64,000 nt of DNA from Candidatus Poseidoniaceae archaeon (GTDB lineage: Archaea > Thermoplasmatota > Poseidoniia > Poseidoniales > Poseidoniaceae): the NCBI GenBank assembly GCA_964218365.1, contig CAXPMI010000060.1:13089-77088 (forward strand). The letters are read 5' to 3'. Below the pieces are notes generated by a model, which was given only the letters and a program-made list of their open reading frames with translations, was not told the origin of the DNA and searched no databases. Made by a program: the position numbers and the translations under genes. Within the stretch, counting starts at the first letter, position 1; every line of letters starts with the position of its first letter. Positions 36,701 through 48,576 of the stretch are shown here, piece after piece.

Positions 36701-37951
36701 TCAGATGGGACAATGTCAAACGAGTCTTTGGTTACTCACAACTTCAGTACTCCTGGAGAGCATTATGTGTCCCTAGTTGTAATAGACGAAAATGGTCAAG
36801 AAAGTGAAACTAGAGAACTCGGAATCAGAGTCCTAAATCCGAAGCCTATCATTTCCGTTAAGATTTTTGATGTGTGGTACAAAGATGAGTTAGTTACGGC
36901 AACTACGCCACTTCCAGAGGGTGCATCGTTCGAGTATTCTCACACCTTTGACGATGATGAGAACGTAGTAACTACCCCCGGACAAATCTTGTATTTCGAT
37001 TCAATCGGAACCCGAGATGGAGATAGAGTGTTCGAAGGTAGATTTGTACCTCTAGAAACAAATAGTTCAGATTGGAATGGAATTGTGGAATATTCCTGGG
37101 ACTTTGGTGATGCAACTCCAATCTCACATGAACCTATGCCATGGCATTCATTTGATAGACCAGGTACCTACAAAGTAACTCTTACCGTTAGAGATTCATA
37201 TCTTACTGGAGATGTGACAAGGGAAACTTTCACTGTAATTGTAAACGAACCACCAGAAATTGGTGAATTCGACATATCAGATACGATATACGTTGGCGAA
37301 TCAGTGGTTCTTGACGTAAATGTCTCAGATTCAGAAGACGCTGCGGATTACGTTGTGTGGCGAGATTTAGACGTAAATGACGGACTTCACACGGATAGAG
37401 ATGAAAGAATACCTTCTACAATTGTTGTTATGTGGGAAAGCGACCTAGAGGTTGACGCTGATGAAAATGGAGATGTCGCAGATGATTGGATTACTCCATC
37501 AGGTGCAGATGGGATTAGAGTTGCTGCTAGTTGGGATGACGTTGGAATCAAGATGGTCAGAGTTTCTGTTTGCGATGGAATGGGCGTATGTGTAACAAAG
37601 GATACTGAAGTTACAGTCCTAGCAGAAAAAGTGGCCGAACCGAGTCTTTCCGACTTCTCTATCCAAGACTGGCAGGAATGGTTTGTAGACGCAAGTGGTG
37701 AGTCGTTCATGGTTCTTGCACTAATTGTCGCAGTCCTAATTCTCGGTTGGGCAGTAATGAGAAGTCCGACAGAAATCGAAGAGGAAGCCGAGCAAGCTGC
37801 AGCTACATACGAAGTGGATGAAGTACAGTCTTACGGGGGAGTCTTAGGGATGGACCAACACACTCCTCCTCCTGCACCTGGTATTTTATCCAAAGAAGAA
37901 CGCAGAAGTAACTCCTCTGGATACGTAAGGCCTCTAAGAAGAAGACGCTGA
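33773..37951 (+). CDS. Giant surface protein: gluzincin-like HExxH protease domain plus multiple PKD domains and a C-terminal membrane anchor
   Basis: Signal peptide. HELQH at 34463-34477 followed by WIDEGAAD. At least 4 PKD-like units (WTFDDGN, WDWGDGN, WKFSDGT, WDFGDAT). TM helix FMVLALIVAVLILGWAV and a basic tail. 1392 aa. Confidence 0.8.
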   Translation: MSEHCSNRALSILLVFLVSIASPLASAEPQETVPNQVIEFTPVFADIDDFEPLDSHPYMLPESDELLYSATRMMKNEWISQGFPGVDIATSPQSMTSGRACTPYNEGDSATVPTSGGSIDVTVEKTTSTAAFMVQSGRTLSSTVLNNWASTWDTTVYPTLMTYFGKDYFDGRGIAAPDVDNNCQIEVVIYAIDGAYNIGGYFAPGMSASREAIFIDIDDAPLSWSRVILAHELQHLMHNALDPYENLWIDEGAADMAAFLCFGGSSTLYGHVNAWTSASELSVRWWNQRPADYGGGFIFLLYLADHLGGGPAIRNLVQDSSTGATGIEDLARNPVDATPGVIGRDFIDIWTNFTIAATLDSDQGVYGMSNLFLSSACGSSEFCKIQPADTNSDWLGPWSSTGNAIEGWGVRVFKFTPGSAAPAPLTMRFTGDVPGMDGVIMSRAAADGIYTRSDINFNGAVGTALVPGFGNITDEIYAITWYASNQGDCDYTSCGSSYPTGTIDVEAARITSPATISLNSTVLTDRDGDTNIDTAEIEFNILSNAFFEDLDVEIQVKNASGVVIDTMETRVQAGGGVNVPTKFWYTAKSTEIHSFHLTMSDMLGDVIDTVQTGAQFLDNMMPVSNSTITPTEVQTWDNILFVGDGFDAWGLSLANNTLPYMDEPVAYAWTFDDGNSSSLKSPVRPYLEVGQYNVSLRIMDQGGTWSDADVKTINVSDDSAPIPVISMNGMVLTDNLSILTGQIIQFSAERTTDNVPVNHLEFTWDWGDGNLEGGKGITRAYHMWEDGLTAVTSYNLTLTVSDGVNSASETIEIIVNNRAPGQVFTDIVVTETFTATMLPDIFEDVDGEIVAWNWAFEEAVNLEGGIIDRTDLFVDLLSTEQNPMVAWSTPGIKDVNITVTDNDGAQSVSQLRVQVLNQLPVAQFEVRDSSSAGSPVVDFRIEDAKMDVPYTFNGRDSYDPDGLVGDSTDLIFMWKFSDGTMSNESLVTHNFSTPGEHYVSLVVIDENGQESETRELGIRVLNPKPIISVKIFDVWYKDELVTATTPLPEGASFEYSHTFDDDENVVTTPGQILYFDSIGTRDGDRVFEGRFVPLETNSSDWNGIVEYSWDFGDATPISHEPMPWHSFDRPGTYKVTLTVRDSYLTGDVTRETFTVIVNEPPEIGEFDISDTIYVGESVVLDVNVSDSEDAADYVVWRDLDVNDGLHTDRDERIPSTIVVMWESDLEVDADENGDVADDWITPSGADGIRVAASWDDVGIKMVRVSVCDGMGVCVTKDTEVTVLAEKVAEPSLSDFSIQDWQEWFVDASGESFMVLALIVAVLILGWAVMRSPTEIEEEAEQAAATYEVDEVQSYGGVLGMDQHTPPPAPGILSKEERRSNSSGYVRPLRRRR

Positions 37952-38006
37952 AGGGAAAACCGATTAACCCTCACAATTTTCATTCTAGGTAAGGAGGGAG
38001 TTGATT

Positions 38007-39002
38007 ATGGGTTCTAGGACTACCATCGTTGTGATGTTCCTGTTCATACTCCCAATGCTGCTTGTCACGGACATTTCTCCTGTTCAACGTGTATCGGCCG
38101 CCTCGAACTGCGATAATGGAGATATATTCCCGCCTCCTAAATGGAATACGACTGTTGAACGTTTGGCCAAGGTTCCAAACATCTACACTCCCGAATTCGA
38201 AGAAAAAGATGGGCCAAGGCGAGATAGAGGTGGTGATGACGAGCCTGTTGAGCCTACAAATTTTGAGGACTATGATGGTCCAGAGGAAGAATGGATGACT
38301 TGGGAGCCAGATAACAGTCTCAGTTTGTTAAGAGAGGATTTTCAAGCTATGATGATGATCGGTGAAAATGCAATTGGGACCCTAAGGGTAAACCTGGACT
38401 ATGAGCGCAGGACAACAATTTGTGTCACTATTGAATCAACAAATAGTTCAGTTGACCCACTGGCTGATGTATACTTGATGACTACCTCTCAATATGACCG
38501 ATATACTACTGCATATGATATCTCAAATGGATATTATTGGCTGAAAGAAGATAGGGATGATGATGACCCAACTAGTGATGTTCCTCCTGAATGGAGAAGT
38601 TTCACTGTTGTAGGTTGGCATTCATTCAGAGACTCCCATCAATATGAGAATGTGGATGAGGTTTCATTCTCTATTTCTCTTGATGGTCCCGAAATAAGTA
38701 GTAGTTTATTCGGAGAAACCACCAATCAATACTTCAACATCGTTGTGGACAATACCAACAACTCGCACAGCAACGATGCAGTTCCTGAGACAAGCATTGC
38801 TGCATATGTGTCTGTAGTATCAGAGCCAAGATCGACAGTACTTCCTAACTGGACAGTATCTTTGGTATGTTGTGGATTAATGATGGCAATCTTGGCAGTA
38901 CCTCTTATAATGAATAGAAGGTACATGAGTTCTGGACTTAGTCTAACGTTAGAAGGTCAACAGTTAGAGAAGGGACTCGTTCCAACTCTAGAGCAAGAAT
39001 AG
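38007..39002 (+). CDS. Surface-anchored hypothetical protein
   Basis: AAGGAGGG SD precedes the starts, and its spacing suits ATG 38007 better than TTG 38001, which follows it almost immediately. N-terminal signal/TM helix, acidic ectodomain, C-terminal TM helix. Confidence 0.55.
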   Translation: MGSRTTIVVMFLFILPMLLVTDISPVQRVSAASNCDNGDIFPPPKWNTTVERLAKVPNIYTPEFEEKDGPRRDRGGDDEPVEPTNFEDYDGPEEEWMTWEPDNSLSLLREDFQAMMMIGENAIGTLRVNLDYERRTTICVTIESTNSSVDPLADVYLMTTSQYDRYTTAYDISNGYYWLKEDRDDDDPTSDVPPEWRSFTVVGWHSFRDSHQYENVDEVSFSISLDGPEISSSLFGETTNQYFNIVVDNTNNSHSNDAVPETSIAAYVSVVSEPRSTVLPNWTVSLVCCGLMMAILAVPLIMNRRYMSSGLSLTLEGQQLEKGLVPTLEQE

Positions 39003-39003
39003 G

Positions 39004-39798
39004 TCAGTATTCTAACAGGGACCAGGCATCTCTAAGGTCACGAACATTGACTAGACCTTTGTCAGAAATTCTGAATTCATTTCTCATAGTTGCATAAACT
39101 AGGCTTTGGTCTAGAATTGGTGCGTGAAGCCTTGTCCAATCTCCTCCGCTGCTAGTTGCCATTAGGCTGTGGTTAAGTCCCTCACCTGTCAATTCGGTCG
39201 CAGCCTCGATGATTTGTAGTGCATCATCATGGTTATTTGCAGTTCCACAGAACTTTACGATATCTCCTGAATCTTGATTATCTCTAACGATTGATGCGAT
39301 AGTAGATGCATCTGGGGTTCCGTTTATGTCATGGACGGAAGCGATGATTTGGCAGTCGTTTTCTTTTGCTGCATCTGCTAATTTACTGCGGGTTGAATCG
39401 TCTATGGATAATTCCAAGTCTATCCATGAGACCTTAGATTCAATCGCCTTTTCTAGGATAGAGATCCTTTCTGATTCAACACCTGGGAAGAAACCGCCTT
39501 CTGATACAGGCCTTACTGTGAATATTACAGGCAGTGGTAGCCCTTCCTTCAGGGAAGAAATCGCAGCGTCAACATCGACTTCAGACATATCTACAGTATC
39601 CCAGTCATTTTCTGGTGGTAATTCGACCTTTTCGCCTTCTTCCTCGTCTGAGACTGTTGGGTCTGGTTTAACGAGGTACAGTCTGTCAAATCTAACTTCG
39701 ACCATATCTGCGCCAGCTAGGTTTGCGCGTGCAGCTTCATCAGTCATTTCTTCCACGGTAGTGCCATCTAGTGTAACACATACTTTCGGGTCAGCCAT
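39004..39798 (-). CDS. aroD: 3-dehydroquinate dehydratase, type I
   Basis: KVCVTLDG, ADMVEVRFD, WIDLEL, IIASVHD, VKF. 264 aa with an acidic insertion. Confidence 0.75.
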   Translation of the reverse strand: MADPKVCVTLDGTTVEEMTDEAARANLAGADMVEVRFDRLYLVKPDPTVSDEEEGEKVELPPENDWDTVDMSEVDVDAAISSLKEGLPLPVIFTVRPVSEGGFFPGVESERISILEKAIESKVSWIDLELSIDDSTRSKLADAAKENDCQIIASVHDINGTPDASTIASIVRDNQDSGDIVKFCGTANNHDDALQIIEAATELTGEGLNHSLMATSSGGDWTRLHAPILDQSLVYATMRNEFRISDKGLVNVRDLRDAWSLLEY

Positions 39799-39944
39799 GC
39801 TTTGGCGACCTGCCCTTCTTCATTAACGGTTGCGATTAGTTTTTCATATTCGTCTTTGGAAGAAATACTGGAAAATGTCAAAATTCGCTGTTTTTTATTT
39901 TCCAAAAATAGCACGTTTTTTTGCCCTACTTTGACTATGTTCAT
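39768..39944 (-). CDS. Candidate unannotated 58-aa protein, below the ORF-track cutoff
   Basis: GGAGGGGG SD (39955-39948) 3 nt before ATG 39944. Hand translation: MNIVKVGQKNVLFLENKKQRILTFSSISSKDEYEKLIATVNEEGQVAKAWLTRKYVLH. Stop TAG at 39768-39770 lies 31 nt inside aroD in another frame. Confidence 0.35.
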   Translation of the reverse strand: MNIVKVGQKNVLFLENKKQRILTFSSISSKDEYEKLIATVNEEGQVAKAWLTRKYVLH

Positions 39945-40118
39945 ATACCCCCTCCGGTACCATTAATTTTGAGTGGAGGAGACTCGTCGTAAATCGTCCG
40001 ACTGAGGGGAAATTTTACTACATTTTTTGGAGTATTTTCGGAACCTGTTGAATGACACAATCTTAGAGATAATTGAGTAAGTTTACGCAAAAAAATCCTA
40101 ACAACAATTTGATTGATT

Positions 40119-44852
<4,734 letters not shown>

Positions 44853-44922
44853 CCAATTTTCCGACGGTTTCAAACGCTAACCGCACTTGTGACGGAGCAA
44901 GCGAGCCTCTGAGGGTGATAAA

Positions 44923-46176
44923 ATGGATGAACAAAATCTAATCTATGACTGGAACCTTGTTGACTATGAATATTCAAGAAACCCAGCAAACCACCCGCAT
45001 GGTGTTTGGTTTGATGATGAAACCTTGAGAGATGGTTTGCAAAGTCCTAGCGCATTGAACCCTTCAATCGATCAGAAGATAGAATTACTCACTTACATGG
45101 AAAAACTAGGAATCCAGAAGGTGGACTTGGGGTTGCCTGGTGCAGGGCCGTTCCATAGGGAACACATTGATGCAATGTTAACTCACATTAAAGCAAATGA
45201 CTTCAAAATACGCCCAGGTGCAGCGGTTAGAACCTTGATGAATGACATAGAACCTCTAGTTGAAATGCAAGCAAAGCATGAGATGGAAATCCAAGCAAGT
45301 GCCTTCTTGGGAACAAGTCCAATTCGTCAATTCACTGAAGGTTGGACAATGGAGAAACTAGTTTCGACCATGGAAAAAGCAGTTTCCTATGCAGTTGACA
45401 ACGATATTCCTGTCATGTTTGTTACAGAAGATACAACTCGTTCAAAACCCGAGGATGTCAAACTGATTTATCAAAGGGCAATGGAGTTAGGCGTTCGAAG
45501 GTTGTGCATCTGCGACACTTGTGGCCACGTAACCCCCAACGGTGTCAAGCAGTTACTGTCTTTCATTGATGAAGAAGTCATCAAAGATTCAGGTTTTAAG
45601 CGCAGCGACATTGAGGTTAATTGGCACGGTCATCAAGACAGAGGTCTTGGAGTAGCAAATAATCTCGCAGCGGTTGAAGCAGGGGCAGATGTTGTTCATG
45701 GTACAGCTCTAGGTGTGGGAGAAAGAGCAGGAAATGCTCCATTAGACCAAACTCTAGTCAATCTATCACTTATGGGTGTTATCAACAACGATCTCTCACT
45801 GCTTAGTGAGTATGTCCAGAAAGCGAATGAATACATTCAGGTCCCACTGCCAAGAAACTACCCGGTCTTCGGTCAGGATGCATTTGAAACCGGTACTGGA
45901 GTACACGCTAGCGCAGTAATCAAAGCGATTCGAAAGGGAGACATGTGGCTTGCTGACAGGGTGTATAGCGGCGTTCCAGCGGGAGATTTCGGTCTAGAGC
46001 AAGTAATCAGAATCGGTCATATGTCTGGCCGTTCAAATATCATTCACTGGTTAGAGAGTAATGGTATGGAAGCAACAGATGAACTGGTTAGCCACTTATT
46101 TGAGGTAGCAAAAAGCCAACCAAGAAACATGGAAGAGCATGAAATTAGGGAAGCAATCGCCGCTTTCCAAGCCTGA
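44923..46176 (+). CDS. HMGL-like carboxyltransferase (isopropylmalate/homocitrate/citramalate synthase family), no regulatory domain
   Basis: DETLRDGLQS, TIM-barrel layout, HGHQDRGLGVANNLAAVEAGA. 417 aa. GAGGGTGA SD. Confidence 0.7.
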   Translation: MDEQNLIYDWNLVDYEYSRNPANHPHGVWFDDETLRDGLQSPSALNPSIDQKIELLTYMEKLGIQKVDLGLPGAGPFHREHIDAMLTHIKANDFKIRPGAAVRTLMNDIEPLVEMQAKHEMEIQASAFLGTSPIRQFTEGWTMEKLVSTMEKAVSYAVDNDIPVMFVTEDTTRSKPEDVKLIYQRAMELGVRRLCICDTCGHVTPNGVKQLLSFIDEEVIKDSGFKRSDIEVNWHGHQDRGLGVANNLAAVEAGADVVHGTALGVGERAGNAPLDQTLVNLSLMGVINNDLSLLSEYVQKANEYIQVPLPRNYPVFGQDAFETGTGVHASAVIKAIRKGDMWLADRVYSGVPAGDFGLEQVIRIGHMSGRSNIIHWLESNGMEATDELVSHLFEVAKSQPRNMEEHEIREAIAAFQA

Positions 46177-47469
46177 TCAGGCCGCTTCTTCTTGTTCAGT
46201 GTCTTCGGCGTTGATTTGTTTCCATTCAGCATCAACTGAGCCACCGGACCATTCGCCACCAACTTCGATTTCTACCATTTCGTCATCTTCTCGCCAAATT
46301 GCTTCACCTTGGCTACCATTTACAATCAGCATGCCCCTGTCGTCCATTTGGGTCTTCAAGAGTTCAATGTGTTTTGTAACAGGTAGGAAATGTCCAACTG
46401 GATTACCAGCTGTCACGAATGGGTTGGTTGCTGTACAAATCATCAGACCGTCTTCTGGTGCTACGATGTCTACTGATAATCCAGGGCTTCCAGGGTCTGA
46501 AATCGTTGCAATGACGTCGCCTTTTGTCACAATACTGCCAGGTCCAACAAACATGTCGAGAAGACCGCCCTCTCCTGCGCGCAGCCAAGTCGAGCCTCCT
46601 GCATTCAACCTAAATCTTGGTCTGGCAGGATTTTTTGGAATGACCTTGAGTGATTTCAGTACGTTAAGACAACCTTCGACAGCAACTTTCACAGCTACTT
46701 GGTCTAACTGATTTGCTTCTCCACCCTCGTAGGTTACTGCGGCAATATCCATTCCGTTAGCGACACGTCTCAAGCTACCTTTTGGAGGTCTGCTGTCGAG
46801 GACAACTTCTATTCCGAAGGCCTTTGCTAAAAGATAGGATTCAGGATGAGATAGGTCTCCTCTAATTTGAGGCATGTTTGACCTACCAACCGCAGCGCTA
46901 TGGAGGTCGATAATTACATCTGAATCATCTATCAAATTCTTTTTGACAGTGCTAGCAACTCTCGACGTAGTGCTACCTTTAGATAGACCGGGAAACGCTC
47001 TATTTAGGTCTCTTCCATCGGGGAAATATCTAGACTTTGAACGATAACCTGGCAAGTTTATGACAGGAACAATCCTAACTGTACCGGCCATTGATTGCGG
47101 GTCTAATTCGCCACCCGGTTCAGTGAACTTTGAAGATAGTAAGTTTGTGCAAGCACTTGGCCCTGTTAACTCATCACCGTGTGTTGCTCCGATTATTGTG
47201 ATGACTGGTCCTGGTCTAACCCCGTGGAAAATTGTAACAGGAATTGGCCACGAATCTCCCATGTCCACATCAAGTAGCGGCATCATGATGGTCCTCATTT
47301 CTCCAGTTTTGATTCTCTTTCTTAGGAATCTGATGTCATTCCAATCAGAAGCTCTGTCCCAGTCTGGTCTTGCTTCAGACTCGTGTTCATCAAGCGCTTT
47401 TTTTATTGCCAAACGCCTAGTTTTAGGAAGTTCATTTGCGACTCTTACACGTCGCTTCTTCCCGGCCAT
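46177..47469 (-). CDS. Succinylglutamate desuccinylase/aspartoacylase-family zinc hydrolase (M14-like)
   Basis: GATHGDELTG, DLHSA, C-terminal barrel-like GSIVTKGDVIATISDP, acidic tail. 430 aa. Confidence 0.7.
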   Translation of the reverse strand: MAGKKRRVRVANELPKTRRLAIKKALDEHESEARPDWDRASDWNDIRFLRKRIKTGEMRTIMMPLLDVDMGDSWPIPVTIFHGVRPGPVITIIGATHGDELTGPSACTNLLSSKFTEPGGELDPQSMAGTVRIVPVINLPGYRSKSRYFPDGRDLNRAFPGLSKGSTTSRVASTVKKNLIDDSDVIIDLHSAAVGRSNMPQIRGDLSHPESYLLAKAFGIEVVLDSRPPKGSLRRVANGMDIAAVTYEGGEANQLDQVAVKVAVEGCLNVLKSLKVIPKNPARPRFRLNAGGSTWLRAGEGGLLDMFVGPGSIVTKGDVIATISDPGSPGLSVDIVAPEDGLMICTATNPFVTAGNPVGHFLPVTKHIELLKTQMDDRGMLIVNGSQGEAIWREDDEMVEIEVGGEWSGGSVDAEWKQINAEDTEQEEAA

Positions 47470-47545
47470 GGTTATCCATCAAACGAGAGGACATCAAGAT
47501 GATGGATGCGAATAGCAAATCAACCCCCTTTGACAGTGAACACAC

Positions 47546-48010
47546 ATGGAGCCGGGAGTTCAGCGTCAGTATGCGCCCACCTCGATTTGTTTTGGGTGTG
47601 GGCCAGCAAACGAAAAGGGATTACAGATCGATTCTCATAGATGTGCTGAAGGCTTAGAACTCAGGTTTACTCCATCTGAAGAGCATCAAGCATTCCCAGG
47701 GATGATTAACGGAGGGATTATTGGTAGTCTACTAGATTGTCATGGTAATTGGGCTGCTGCAATCGCTTTGATGGACCAATCGGGGTTGGATGAACCACCT
47801 TGTACTGTAACCGCTACCTATTCTGTATCTCTTAGGAGGCCAACGCCTGCAGGAGTAGAATTGTATGTTCTAGCAGAAGTTGAAGAATTATTTGAGGATA
47901 GAGCGAAAATAAAGATGACACTCATAGCAGAAGACAAGGTCTGTGCAACAGGTAGCGGTTTGTTTGTAGCGGTTAAGGAAGGCCATCCTGCTTACCATCG
48001 GTGGTCTTGA
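47546..48010 (+). CDS. Hot-dog fold thioesterase (PaaI-like)
   Basis: CFGCGPANEKGLQI followed by GMINGGIIGSLLDCHGNWA. 154 aa. An in-frame stop 9 nt upstream fixes the ATG. Confidence 0.65.
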   Translation: MEPGVQRQYAPTSICFGCGPANEKGLQIDSHRCAEGLELRFTPSEEHQAFPGMINGGIIGSLLDCHGNWAAAIALMDQSGLDEPPCTVTATYSVSLRRPTPAGVELYVLAEVEELFEDRAKIKMTLIAEDKVCATGSGLFVAVKEGHPAYHRWS

Positions 48011-48550
48011 ATGGTCAAACCAAACAACTCTCAATTGAGAGAATTGACAGAATTACGAAAGTTTGTAATTGAAGTAATGACATCGATGGGCGTTTGGAGT
48101 GAAGAACTGCTTACTAAGTTGACTGGTATCGATTTAGGCGTGTTGAGGAAAAATGCTACCCAACGTCATGGAGTAACGAGATGGCGCCAAGGAATTAGAA
48201 ATCCTACAATGCCTGAAGAAGTCAAAGTAATCGAATTGCATCCAAGACTACTTTCCTCTGAATGGAAACCGTATGCTGCTTGGGTCTTACATCACGAATT
48301 TGTCCATGCTCTAGGTTACACCGCTCATGACTCGACATTCCGATCACTAGAGAGATTGTGGCCTAGTAAAGAAGCCTCTAAGATGGGAGTGAAATTCACA
48401 GAATTATTACGAAAAGAGAAGGCTAAGTGGTTATGGGTTTGTGACAAGTGTAAGAAAGAATACCCTCGACAAAAGAAGGGAATGGGGAAGTACATGTGTA
48501 AATCTTGCAAGCAGGTATTGCGAGATGTGCCCGTAAATGCGTCACAGTGA
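48011..48550 (+). CDS. YgjP/SprT-like HExxH metallohydrolase with a C-terminal zinc ribbon
   Basis: HHEFVHALGYTAHDSTFRSLERLWP (HExxH...H..F...P pattern of DUF45/SprT-like folds). CDKC...CKSC ribbon. The ATG abuts the upstream TGA. Confidence 0.55.
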   Translation: MVKPNNSQLRELTELRKFVIEVMTSMGVWSEELLTKLTGIDLGVLRKNATQRHGVTRWRQGIRNPTMPEEVKVIELHPRLLSSEWKPYAAWVLHHEFVHALGYTAHDSTFRSLERLWPSKEASKMGVKFTELLRKEKAKWLWVCDKCKKEYPRQKKGMGKYMCKSCKQVLRDVPVNASQ

Positions 48551-48576
48551 TTAGTACACCACTAAGACAGCATACC

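Noticed and set aside
39326-39826. 166-aa plus-strand ORF over aroD.
   Set aside because: It is Ser-rich antisense translation. aroD motifs on the minus strand are convincing.
39875-39934. 19-codon plus-strand ORF (MSKFAVFYFPKIARFFALL) in the aroD-gyrB gap.
   Set aside because: It has no SD and is very short. It lies antisense to the better-supported 58-aa ORF.
46139-46711. 190-aa plus-strand ORF running on from the synthase gene end.
   Set aside because: It is a Ser/Pro-rich antisense shadow of the AstE/AspA-family gene, which has the HGDE and DLHS motifs.
47499-47657. 52-codon ORF (MMDANSKS...) with a GAGAGGA SD-like sequence, overlapping the thioesterase start in another frame. It hinted at a frameshifted longer thioesterase.
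   Set aside because: The thioesterase frame has its own ATG, bounded by an in-frame stop 9 nt upstream, and a normal N-terminus for the family. The overlapping product has no protein-like features. A frameshift cannot be excluded without comparative data.
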